A stretch of DNA of 64,000 nt from Eledone cirrhosa (lineage: Eukaryota), in contig OZ024740.1 in NCBI GenBank assembly GCA_964016885.1, positions 178,250,001-178,314,000 of the forward strand, in the 5' to 3' direction. Positions 1-11,735 of the stretch are shown here, piece after piece (the first letter of the stretch is position 1; every line of letters begins with the position of its first letter). A program made the position numbers and the translations under genes. A model generated the notes under the pieces. The model ran no database searches. It saw only the letters and a program-made list of their open reading frames with translations, and was not told the DNA's origin.

Positions 1-223
1 GTCACTAAACGACTTTTCATCGACAACTTATAACTATTAAATTTCGCCCCAAAAAGAGGCGAAATTTATTTTACCCAACGTCTGCAGACCCAGGCGATGC
101 CCTAAACACAACAAATAACAAGTTACTTAAACAAACCTACCGCTTCTCGTAATAAATTCCGACAAAATGCAGGAGCGAAACAAAAACACGTCTATCTTCT
201 ACGAGATAGATAGATAGATAGAT
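1..223 (-). mobile_element. Possible end of a non-autonomous Helitron-like element
   Basis: Ends in (GATA)n, giving a TC start on the minus strand. Resemblance only; the element is cut by the window edge. Confidence 0.25.
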
Positions 224-289
224 AATAAAACTGTAATGTTCTATGGTCGTGAATTCTGAGTAATGAACAAACAATATAATTGCGAATTC

Positions 290-645
290 AAGCGGCCAAA
301 GTGGGTTCGCCTAAAAGCTATTTGGAGTAATGTTACCCGATAGGGTGCGTAGCTCGAAGACCAATGAATCGCTGGGGTAGAGCCGCTACTTCTCCGAATT
401 GAGAGATCACAGCTCCAATACTACGGGCATGTGGTTACAATATCTAAGGAAAGAATTGCTGGTCAGATCTTACGGGCATAGCTAATCAGCAGAAGCCCCA
501 GAGGTAGATCACGTGCAAAAGGGTTAGATAACATCTACGAACTCGATTCGGCTCTCTTGGAGGTCCAGCCGGATCAATTCGAGACGGATTCTACAGAGAA
601 GACCCTCTGTAACGCGTGTCTGAAGTCTGAGCTGCCACAACCCTT
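290..645 (+). mobile_element. RTE-clade LINE 3' fragment (family B), degraded
   Basis: gtagagccgctacttctccgaattgagagatcacagctc encodes VEPLLLRIERSQL. Related sequence recurs at 23.2, 34.9 and 51.6 kb. Confidence 0.75.
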
Positions 646-838
646 GGATTGGCATTATTGGTAGAGCGCCGGACAACATGCTATATGACATTGGGTTACG
701 GATCTTTACGATCTGAGTTTAAATCCTGCCGAGGTTATCTTTGCCTTTTATCATACCAGTAATACACTGGAGTCGATTTAATCGACTTCTCCTCCCCCGA
801 AATTGTTGGGCATGTGCCTAAATCACAAACTAATATAA
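645..838 (+). mobile_element. tRNA-derived SINE (family 1), diverged
   Basis: A-box-like tggcattattggtagag, B-box-like gagtttaaatcc, body gccgaggttatctttgcctttt...taccagt. Confidence 0.75.
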
Positions 839-852
839 TTCATATTCATTGT

Positions 853-1185
<333 letters not shown>

Positions 1186-1637
1186 GCGTTCCCACCAGGA
1201 GACGGATTGTGCTCCGTCAGGTTTGAAATGCTAAAGGCACGTCATATGTTATGACGGCACCCCTAGGGTTCCATCAGGAGTTAAGGGTCCTTTAATTTAC
1301 TATAGTACCACATATATTTATCGTGGTACTTTAATACTGCACATATATCTATTGCCGTATAGTACCACCACATATATTTATTGCCATTGAAATAAATATC
1401 TACTTCTTTCTCCTTAATATGACAAAATAACATTATCTGAATCACGTACGAATTGTGTATTATTTTGTTTTGTCTTGCTTTCAATTCTATTTTGCTTATC
1501 ATCATTAATTCTATTGCCATCATTACTAACTAGCATATTTACAATAGATAAACACATTGTATAGAACTTCGGCATTCTGTCTCCAACAAGAGTCATTTGT
1601 AGGGAGATGGCAATCACGTTTGAAAAAAAAAAATAAC

Positions 1638-1671
<34 letters not shown>

Positions 1672-2510
1672 AGAACAATGATAATAAATCAATATATAAA
1701 ATCTCGACTAAAGAAATCACAATCAACTTAGTTTATCTAATATTTCAATGGTCTAATTATTATCTATAGAATTGTCCAGTTTAGCGACCTCTATTGTGAA
1801 ATCTATACGAATTCCAGCTTAACGAAAGAGAAGGTTTGTTTTCTATCATCTTTTTGTTGTTGTTATTTCTATTATCAGTATGTTCAAATTTATATTTCCA
1901 AAGTATATAGAAAACATTTCAACATGAACTATATCGATATTATTATCAACTGCAGCAAACCCCGCAGTAGAAGAAGCATCATTTCGTCCATCATCACAAC
2001 CAACAACAATAACAACTGCATCTCGGAACTCAAGTACAGCAGCAACACTAAGCATGACTAGGAACACCTGTACTAATATCGACCAAAAATACACTATACA
2101 AACTTCACTCCACCTAAATTTAATTTTAATATTTAAAAAAAATTTATACGGTCCAAAATCGCAAGCTCAAACATACAAAAACTAACTACCAACGAGACAA
2201 ATATATAGATACTTCTGCGGAGTTGCCACCGAACTTCTTGATCTCTGACGTCACTTCCTCCAACACTTCGTCAACCGATGAGAGCGAGATGAAAGGGTCA
2301 AGATTAACAGTGATAATCTCGCCGCGCCGAAGGTCGGGCGTTTTGACAAGACAGTGCATAACCCACAACTAATATGTGGAATCCATCTGCGTCTTGAGTA
2401 CATTTAGCGGAATTCTCTCTTTGGTAAGTAAGTATTCGAGGCCATCTCTAAAGATAATTTTCTCCTTTCCTCCTACCTTAGATGTATTCAGCGTTCCTGT
2501 GCATGGATGC

Positions 2511-2560
<50 letters not shown>

Positions 2561-2996
2561 CAAATGACGAAACGAAATAAAATTTCGTTTCGTTTGTAAC
2601 TCACTTTTGTATGACTGACGCTTAAACAATTAAGTTAAAAAAATTACATCTACATATGCATACTGAAATACTAGTGTGTATATGAATACACACACGTATA
2701 CATATGTATATGTAACAAGTCTTTCACTGGTTGCTTTACTGTGAGCACCCAGCTATTCTGTATGTAAACACACAGACAAACCGGTTTTTAGAGTCATACT
2801 GGTTTTTGAGGGAACACCTTCCCTCTATTCTCCAGAATTTTTTTTTTTTTTTTAACTTAATTATATATATATATATTTATATCTATATCCAAAATTAAGA
2901 TAATCAAAATTATGGGTGTCATGCCAGAAAGACATGCGCCATATCACCCGCAAAATAAGCTCTAAGATTCTAACGAATAGGTCCGAGCATTTTATA

Positions 2997-3318
2997 ATAA
3001 CTAGAAATTGATTAACATATGAATAAACATGAATAATCAGAGAAGATAATTTTTACAAGTGTGTAAGCACACATAGCTAGGTAGGTAACTAAATAAAGTT
3101 AACCAGAACTTCAAAAATAGATACCTTATAATATGATTAATCTTCCCTGTATATATTCCATTAAAGAAATATATTTCACCAATTAATCGAATGGTAAACC
3201 ATGGAGGCCGATACTTGGATTTTCAACAAGGAAGAAGTCCAGCTATGTGTGCTTACACACTTGTAAAAATTATCTCCTGTGATTATTCATGTTTATTCAT
3301 ATGTTAATCAATTTCTAG

Positions 3319-3322
<4 letters not shown>
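2997..3322. mobile_element. Short element with 82-bp inverted repeats (2997-3078 / 3241-3322) enclosing a hammerhead motif, abutting (TA)n
   Basis: ataactagaaattgattaacatatg...cacatagct and its reverse complement, about 2 mismatches. Confidence 0.85.
3141..3235 (-). ncRNA. Type I hammerhead ribozyme, U3:A8 core variant
   Basis: Minus strand: stem I UCUUCCUUG / CAGGGAAGA, core UUGAAAA, stem II (U)CCAA..UUGG(U), GAAA, stem III UAUAUUUC..GGAAUAUA, cleavage triplet AUA. Confidence 0.75.
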
Positions 3323-3383
<61 letters not shown>

Positions 3384-3386
<3 letters not shown>

Positions 3387-5880
3387 TCCTAAGTATGACA
3401 TTAAACTGTATCCAGTGGCAAGGCTCCTGTTAGGGAGCTCAGGAGCTGTGGGAAATGTGAGGACTGTTCGGACGCTGGAGAAGAGAGAGCAGTTGGGTCA
3501 TCTGTTTGAGGAGAGTGGTATGCAGATACTTGCGATCCAAGAACACAGAATCCTACATGATGAGCCCGTGAAGAGAGTGATGATTGGAAGAGGAGCCAGC
3601 TCATCACCACATCAGCAGTGAGGAACACAACTAATGCTGCAGTAGGAGAAGTGGGTTTTGTGTTGAGTGCAAGAGCCAATCTATTAGCGAGGGTAATTAT
3701 ACCTGTCTCCCCACGAGTGTTGAGGGTGACCTTCAGTGGAAGCCCAAGGCTGACAGTCATCTCAGCCTATAGTCGAACCGAGGAGGACAGTGTTGGGAGG
3801 GTAGAGTAGTTCCATGAGGGAGTGTGTAGAGCTGTCAACACCACATCAGCTCATAACATCCTGCATGTTCTGGGTGACTTCAAGGCACATCTGAGTAGGG
3901 AGAGCAGTACCTTGCTGGTACTTCCATAACAACACCAACCGAAACTGAAGACTACTGAGGGACAGTCTGCTGGAGGCGAACTTGATGGCAACCAACTTAA
4001 GGTTTAGGAAGAATCCGGGGAAGATGTAGATCTACATCTTTGATATGCACCTGTCCAAGTCCCAGATTGATTTCATTCTGGTGAGGAAGAAGTGGCGGAA
4101 TAGTGTTCTGAACACAGAAATATACAACTATTTCAGTACACTCGGCAGTGACCATCAGCTTGTTATATGTGAGGTCTGGGTGAGCTTAAGAAAGCGTAAG
4201 GCTCAGCCCCAGAGAGAGATATATGACTAGGGAGCTTTTAAGGAAGATGATAAGCCACAGAACTACACAGAAGTGAAGAACAGGTTCAGTGCTCTATGTG
4301 GAGAGACAGAGGAGAGAGAGATTGGAGGGACTGAGGAGAGTGTGACGAGGAGGTACGGGTACTTCAGCTCTGCAGACCCCAAAGTGTGTGCAGCCAGAGA
4401 ACACTTGAAAGCTGCCAAGAACCTATTCTATGCTGATAATACGGAGGAGACGAATATGGAGGTGATGAGTGAAGAACTCTGTACCGCTAACACTGAGGCC
4501 AGAGAGGAGGCGCTGATAGAGAAGATCAGAAGTGTAGACAGAGCCGTTGACAGGTCTAGGTGTAAAGTGAGCTAGATGATCATCAACAAGATCACAGGGA
4601 GGAAGAAAGGGAGTTCGAGTCAGATCCAGGAACAGGGCCCGATGATAGGAAGAGGAAATAGCTGGACCATTTTAAGACCCTACTAGGAGAGCTGCCTTCC
4701 ATAGCCCAGAACACTGGGAAGATCAGACAGCTGTTTGAGGAACTGGATATTGAAACAGGACCCTTCGCCAGAATGGAGCTTCAGAGAGCCAAGAAGAAGA
4801 TTAAATAGAGCAAGGCCCATGAAGAAGATGGAGTGGCATCAGAGGTGATGAAGAGGTGTGATTTGATGATATCATCCTGGAGTTCTGTAACCAGGCACTG
4901 GAGCAAAGAGCCTTCTTGCTGTTATGGTTTTCATTAACTTTAGGAAGGCCTTTGATTCTGTGGATCATCACTGCCTGATGAAGATCTTACAAGTTTATGG
5001 AACCCCCAAGAAGATAGTGGACCTGATATCACTGCTCTGTACCTACACCAGAGCCTAAGTCATTACACCTGACGGGATGACAGAATTCTTTGAGATACTG
5101 ACTGGAGTGCTCCAGGGAGATACATTGGCTCTCTATATTTTATCATCGCAGTGGACTATTATATGCGCCTATTATATGAGAGTTAAGGCTAAAAAGATAT
5201 TAGATGCCGACATAGATCTGGTGACAAACACAATGAAGGAGGCAGAGGATGATGTGGGAGATGGAGACTGCGCAGATAAGTGTGGGGCTGAGAATGAATG
5301 AGAGTAAGACGAAGTATCTGGTAGAGAATATTAAGAAGCCATAGAAGATTAATAATGTAGGCAGGAAGCCGCTAGAAATGGTTGAGGACTTCCTGTATCT
5401 GGGTGCAAAGATTGGGAACACACAGGATGATGTGGTTGAGAGGAAGAGCAAAGCCTGGGCGGCGTGCCACAGTTTAAGATCGGTGTGGAAGTCGGACCTT
5501 CGTAAAGACCTGAAAATCCGTCTCTTCGTTGCTACAGTGGAGTTTGTGCTGCTGTACGAATCTGAGACTTAGACACTGATCAAGAGACTCGCTCAGATGT
5601 TGGATGGGTGCTACACGAGAATTCTGAGGATGGCTCTGAACATTAATCAGTATACACTGAGAATGAAGAACTCAGAGCTGTACGGGAGCCGCCCAAACGT
5701 CAGCTCGAAAGCAACAAAGAGGAGACTGAGGTTAGCTGGACATGCTCAACGACATTCAGAGTTGACACTGCACTCACTGGTTTTGTGGGAGCTCCTACAG
5801 GGACACACTAGAAGAGGGAGACCGAGGACTACATATATTGATGCCCTAAGGACAGACATTGGTCTCTGGGAGATGTATGG
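3384..5880 (+). mobile_element. RTE-clade LINE (family A), APE endonuclease + RT, pseudogenised
   Basis: Motifs ILAIQEHR, GDF, SQIDFILVRKKWRNSV, SDHQLV, FRKAFDSVDH, GVLQGDTLA, EDFLYLG, LDGCYTRILRMALNI, RLRLAGHAQRH, GRPRTTYID, with many stops and frameshifts. Confidence 0.92.
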
Positions 5881-6695
5881 CGCGCACACACATACGAACA
5901 CACACACACGCACGGACGCACACACACACACACATATATATACTTCTTTAGGATATCTCCTCTTTAGGAGATTTAACTCTCCTTAATTTTATACGGAACG
6001 GATTCGGGTTTTTAAGTCTCTGAGGAAAGAAAATGAATTTGATGGTTAGGGGAGTCTTTCTTTTATGTTACATTTGTTTTAAGCCAGGTAGTTAGTATAT
6101 GAATTTGCTTCCATAGACTGGAATTTAAAAATAAATAAACATCCCTATCTTTACAGAAAAATAATTAAAAAAAATGTTATTAATTCTGTTTGATTCCTTC
6201 ATTGGATTGTTATCTATTATGCAGATATCCACATACGTCCTATTTTTTATAGCAACACTGAATTGCCAAATAATTTGACGGTAGCAACATAAAATATAAT
6301 GCGTTACTCTATAACAGGAGACGTAATTGGGAATCGAAATTATAAACTTGCGATCATGTGCCGAACACTCAAACAAAAAACCACGCACCCTCCCAGCCTA
6401 TTTATCGTCTCAGCTACAACCATTCTTTTTCAGTCAATAACTAAAAGAAATTTATCGATGTATCTCCTTAAAAGTTTGGGTCGAGTTTTATTTCATTTCT
6501 ATCTGACCAGTCATGTGAAGAAAATAAATATACAATGCAAAAGATTAATGATCAAAAGTTAGTTAACACCTGCTCTTTCAAGCTAAACAGTCTTGCCTTT
6601 CAAATTCCCAATGGCGAAGTGAATGACAGCGAAATTCTCCGAATAGATATATTTGATTTACAAATCGTTACTAGAATGTCAGTTGCGTTTGCGCG

Positions 6696-6696
<1 letters not shown>

Positions 6697-6730
<34 letters not shown>

Positions 6731-6763
6731 ATATATATATGCACACATACACACACATATATG

Positions 6764-6834
<71 letters not shown>

Positions 6835-6946
6835 TATATATATATATTACATATATATGCACACATACACACACATATATATATATACATATATATGCAC
6901 ACATACACAAATATATATACATATATTTGTATATAATATATATATG

Positions 6947-6978
<32 letters not shown>

Positions 6979-7023
6979 TATATGTGTATATATATATACA
7001 TATATATATAATATATATATATG

Positions 7024-7071
<48 letters not shown>

Positions 7072-7139
7072 GTATATATATACATATCATATATATATAT
7101 AAGTGTATATATATATGCACACATACACACACATATATG

Positions 7140-7175
<36 letters not shown>

Positions 7176-7328
7176 CATATATATGCACACATACACATAT
7201 ATATATATATATGCACACATACGCAAATATATATACATATATTTGTATATAATATATATATGTATATATATATACACATATATATATGTGTATATATATA
7301 TACATATATATATTATATATATTATATA

Positions 7329-7363
<35 letters not shown>

Positions 7364-7431
7364 CATATATATGTATATATATACATATATATATATATGT
7401 GTATATATGTGTATATATATATATATTATAC

Positions 7432-7465
<34 letters not shown>
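6697..7465. repeat. Compound (TA)n/(CA)n microsatellite with higher-order duplication
   Basis: Sub-units such as gcacacatacac and caaatatatatacatatatttgtata recur in two blocks. Confidence 0.9.
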
Positions 7466-7531
7466 CAAGCAAATTATAAACGTAAACATGTAAGTATGTT
7501 TTTGAAACGGTGCGCGATTTTGAAATTAGAA

Positions 7532-7744
7532 ATTAGAAATTATAAGCTTTCACCGTATTTTTAGACTAAAGAAATTTCTAGCCTGATAGTGGGGTTTATA
7601 ACCCTCGGAGAAATGGAAAAGATGAGTGTTGCCGTACATGGGAGCAACACTCATCTTTTTCCATTTCTCCGAGGGTTATAAACCCCACTATCAGGCTAGA
7701 AATTTCTTTAGTCTAAAAATACGGTGTAAGCTTATAATTTCTAA

Positions 7745-7745
<1 letters not shown>
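7532..7745. repeat. Near-perfect fold-back palindrome (about 101-bp arms, 11-nt loop)
   Basis: Arms 7532-7632 and 7644-7745, loop cgtacatggga. Confidence 0.95.
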
Positions 7746-7778
<33 letters not shown>

Positions 7779-7887
7779 AATATATAATATAAGATCAAAA
7801 GATGGTTAAAAGAGTTCCATGTATTTTATTATGGGCATTTCAAAAACAAATATCATTCTTCCAGAATTTACTCCGAAAGCATTGGAC

Positions 7888-7976
7888 GTGTCCGACGAGC
7901 CCGCAGGTCCAGAGTCAGTCAAGATCCATGCAATGATCGTGTCTCGAGCTGCCCGCCGGCGAAACAATTGTAACAC
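7888..7976 (+). ncRNA. Degenerate minimal type I hammerhead (U4C)
   Basis: GUGU-CCGACGA-GCC..GGC-GAAA-CAAUUG-UA-ACAC. Confidence 0.6.
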
Positions 7977-8012
7977 ACAATAAATTGATTTCAGATGCAG
8001 CACTGATTTTTC

Positions 8013-8130
<118 letters not shown>

Positions 8131-8308
8131 CATATATATATTATATATAAATATAGGTTAGAAATTCCAAATCATCTGTTACAATTAAATAGCTCAAGGA
8201 AAGAGATTTTTCCGAGCCGTATATCTGGTCCCTTGCAATTTGAACATATATATGTATATATCTATGTTTATCTATCTCTTTTATATCAACTATAGTATAG
8301 ACACACAG

Positions 8309-8485
<177 letters not shown>

Positions 8486-8504
8486 TATATATTATACATA
8501 TATA

Positions 8505-8658
8505 TATATAAGTATGTACACGTACATACATATATGTATACCGACGTACAGTAGTATGTATATATATATATATACATACATGCACACATATATATATATA
8601 TATACATACTACTGTACGTCGGTATACATATATGTATGTACTTGTACATACTTATATT
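8505..8658. repeat. Fold-back palindrome within microsatellite
   Basis: ataagtatgtacacgtacatacatatatgtataccgacgtacagtagtatg and its reverse complement. Confidence 0.9.
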
Positions 8659-8729
8659 TAAGTAACAGCCGTACTAAGAGTGGGAAATGAAATATTGTTT
8701 CATTTTTTCCGTTTATATATATATATATT

Positions 8730-8758
<29 letters not shown>

Positions 8759-8763
<5 letters not shown>

Positions 8764-9443
8764 AATGAAAATAGAGAAATTAATGTGAGCAAGAAGCCAA
8801 CAGTAATTCATACATATAAGTGACTATTACGTCAAGATGGAAAATATTTAACGTAAGATATGGGAAAATAATTCAATCCCAATTCAAAAAAGTCAAGGCA
8901 GAAATTTTATCCAGAGATTTTGTGTAATCCAGGGGAAAAACCAATAGAGTCTTAACTCAGAATAAAATTAAGAGCAAATACTTATGCTTCAATTTGGAAA
9001 AATCTACAAATGCTCTATATAGTCTTAAAAAGACTATTTCACGAAACTTTTCAGTGGGGTTAGTCACGGTTGGAATCGTTCATCAGTAGAGCTCAATACG
9101 ATGACCAAACTCACTGCTAAAATATACCAGAAGGGAATTTAAAAGCAGGCTAGTTACACCTCGGGTGGAATTAAGATAATAAACACACACGGAGAACAGG
9201 GCTAGTGACGTCAGAATGAGACGAATGACTATTTACAAGAAACAGCAGTCAAAACATTCCGAAAAAACTCAACAAAAGATATGGAGTTCAGCATAAAGCA
9301 ATATTATCGCGTTTTTTTTTTGAAAAACCGGGATTAGTCACAAATAATTTTAAGCGCTCTAGTAAAAATTCCGAGTATGAATATAAATGAAAATAGAGAA
9401 ATTAATGTGAGCAAAAAGCCAACAGTAATTCATACATATAAGT

Positions 9444-9449
<6 letters not shown>
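8759..9449 (-). mobile_element. Retrozyme-like / PLE-derived element with 69-bp terminal direct repeats in (TA)n
   Basis: Direct repeats 8759-8827 and 9381-9449 (1 mismatch), internal hammerhead. Confidence 0.8.
9012..9092 (-). ncRNA. Type I hammerhead ribozyme
   Basis: GCUCUA-CUGAUGA-ACGA..UCGU-GAAA-UAGUCUU..AAGACUA-UA-UAGAGC. Confidence 0.9.
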
Positions 9450-9517
<68 letters not shown>

Positions 9518-9693
9518 CCTTTCAGCGAGAAGCGAAAACCAACCAAACAGTGAGTGTGTTCTGTTATTAATTCTGGCAATATTACGCAAATATGACCCTC
9601 CCCAAGTATAACAATATATATATATATATATATTATACATATATATATATATTTATACATACATATACATATATATTATACATATATATATAT

Positions 9694-9725
<32 letters not shown>

Positions 9726-9865
9726 TATATGTATATGTATCTATCTATATATATATGTATATATATATATGTATATATGTATATATATATATATATATAT
9801 ATGTGTGTATATATATATATGTATATATATATATATACATAAATATATATATACATATATATATA

Positions 9866-10534
9866 TATAAAGAATTAATATATCTACCGACATATGTATA
9901 CAGATGCATACCTATGCTAGCAGATATATATGTGTTTTGTCTTAGTAACTACAGAAACTAATTAGTTGGAGTGAAATTTTAGTAAGTAAGTCAATTTTCA
10001 TAACTTTCTTATTTACGTCTTTCATATAATTGTTCTGCATTCCCCTACATAGATACACAAAGTTACTAAGACAAAACACATATATATCTGCTAGCATATG
10101 TATGCATCTGTATACATATGTCGGTAGATATATTAATTCTTTATAATTACCTCCAAATTATTTGTTGAGCAAAATTTGCCAAATTACTACTGTGACTGAT
10201 AGTAGTAGCTAGGCTCTGTCTTAATAGCACCCCCACTCCAAGCTGGTTAACCTCAGTGTCACGTGATTGATTCTTTTGAATTTGCCACTTGACCAATAAG
10301 GCAGTGAATTTTTCAATGGCTTGGAATCTCGCTTTTTTCCATCCACTGAATTATTTTTATATAAGTTCCCAGTGTCCCCGCATTGCCTGGAAACTTAGCT
10401 GAGAATAGACTCCCTGATGACGTAAGGCTTCTCTATAGTTATTACATAACTATATTTATCCCCTTACAGAAACTAATTAGTTGGAGTGAAATTTTAGTAA
10501 GTAAGTCAATTTTCATAACTTTCTTATTTACGTC

Positions 10535-10542
<8 letters not shown>
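9866..10542 (+). mobile_element. PLE pLTR / retrozyme-like element with inverted and direct repeats
   Basis: Inverted repeats 9866-9950 / 10061-10145, direct repeats 9950-10027 / 10465-10542, flanked by (TA)n. Confidence 0.8.
10409..10487 (+). ncRNA. Type I hammerhead ribozyme
   Basis: ACUCC-CUGAUGA-(C)GUAAGG..CCUUAC(A)-GAAA-CUAAUUAG-UU-GGAGU, palindromic stem III. Confidence 0.85.
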
Positions 10543-10597
<55 letters not shown>

Positions 10598-10601
<4 letters not shown>

Positions 10602-11118
10602 CTTGATCCCCTTGACCGACCAGTCCGTCGGCGGGTACCAATCGGCGCCGCTGGTCACAGCACGTCGTGCTGTTTTAGCCATAAGGTAATCCAGTAAAAT
10701 TCCCGAGATCCATGGACGAGTTCTCTCCAGCGGTCTCTGTCCCTCATTATCGCTGCCATGTCCTGCGTCTCCAACAGACCAGTGGGGCATCAACATACGT
10801 TAACCTTGGTCTTCCTCTTCCAGTGTGTCCATGTAGGGGCTCCCACAGGAGCACTGAGTGCAATGTCAATTCTGGATGTCGGTGAGCATGTCCGGCTAAC
10901 CTCAGTGTCCTCTGTGTCACTTTTGAGCTGACTTTTGAGCTGTAGTGGTGTCTGTGCTGCTGTACGGGTCTGAGACTTGGACACTGACCAAGAAACTCAC
11001 TCAGATGGTGGATGGGTGCTACAGGAGAATGCTGAGGATGGCTCTGAACATTAATCAGTATACACTGAGGATGAAAAACTCAGAGCTGTATGGGAGCCTC
11101 CCAAATGTCAGCTCAAAG

Positions 11119-11120
<2 letters not shown>
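10598..11120 (-). mobile_element. 5'-truncated, 5'-inverted RTE family A copy
   Basis: 10800-10940 (minus) matches 5700-5845. 10941-11118 (plus) matches 5532-5710. Confidence 0.88.
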
Positions 11121-11189
<69 letters not shown>

Positions 11190-11444
11190 CCTCCAGAATA
11201 CAAGGGGCATCAAATTTGTGACCATTTTCCGGGCACTTATACGAGTTTATATGATATCGTTAAATGTAAAGCGAGCTAAAATCTCGTGTCTACTAAAGAA
11301 CGTATTATAACAAAGGGAAATAACAATGTAATATGTGTTGGATTTAATATTTAAGTTGTCATTTAGAGTAATATAGAAAATATAGTGTATTATAAGTGTG
11401 GGAAGAGAAAAAGAAAGAATATATAAAGGAAGAAATGAATCCAA

Positions 11445-11735
11445 TTAATGTTGTTGAAGCCGGCATCCTTCACAACTGGAGCCAGTAGGCCTCAATCGTG
11501 ATGACGGCAAGCGCCTCAGCGGAATTACTCTCTTCTCTTTCGAAGGAGGTATATCCCTCATCTGGAACGCGACATGATGTGACACGTTCTTCGTCTCCAG
11601 CTTTGTTACCTCGGCTACAAACCCCGGTACTGCGGCTCGCAATGTAGAGAACATGAAGACAAACAAATACCGGAACTTGTCCGACCGCTTCTTCTATGCA
11701 CCAGCCGCCATCGAGGCCTTGGACGTATTGGGTTA
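11445..11735 (+). mobile_element. CRE-like non-LTR retrotransposon, restriction-like endonuclease fragment
   Basis: Plus-strand translation [43 protein letters not shown]...KTNKYRNL...APAAIEAL resembles the RPDG..W..G..L.WD RLE motif. Confidence 0.75.

Noticed and set aside
6495-6650. ctgacca..gaaattctccgaata hammerhead-like pieces
   Set aside because: C3/C8 core, and stem II does not close adjacent to GAAA.
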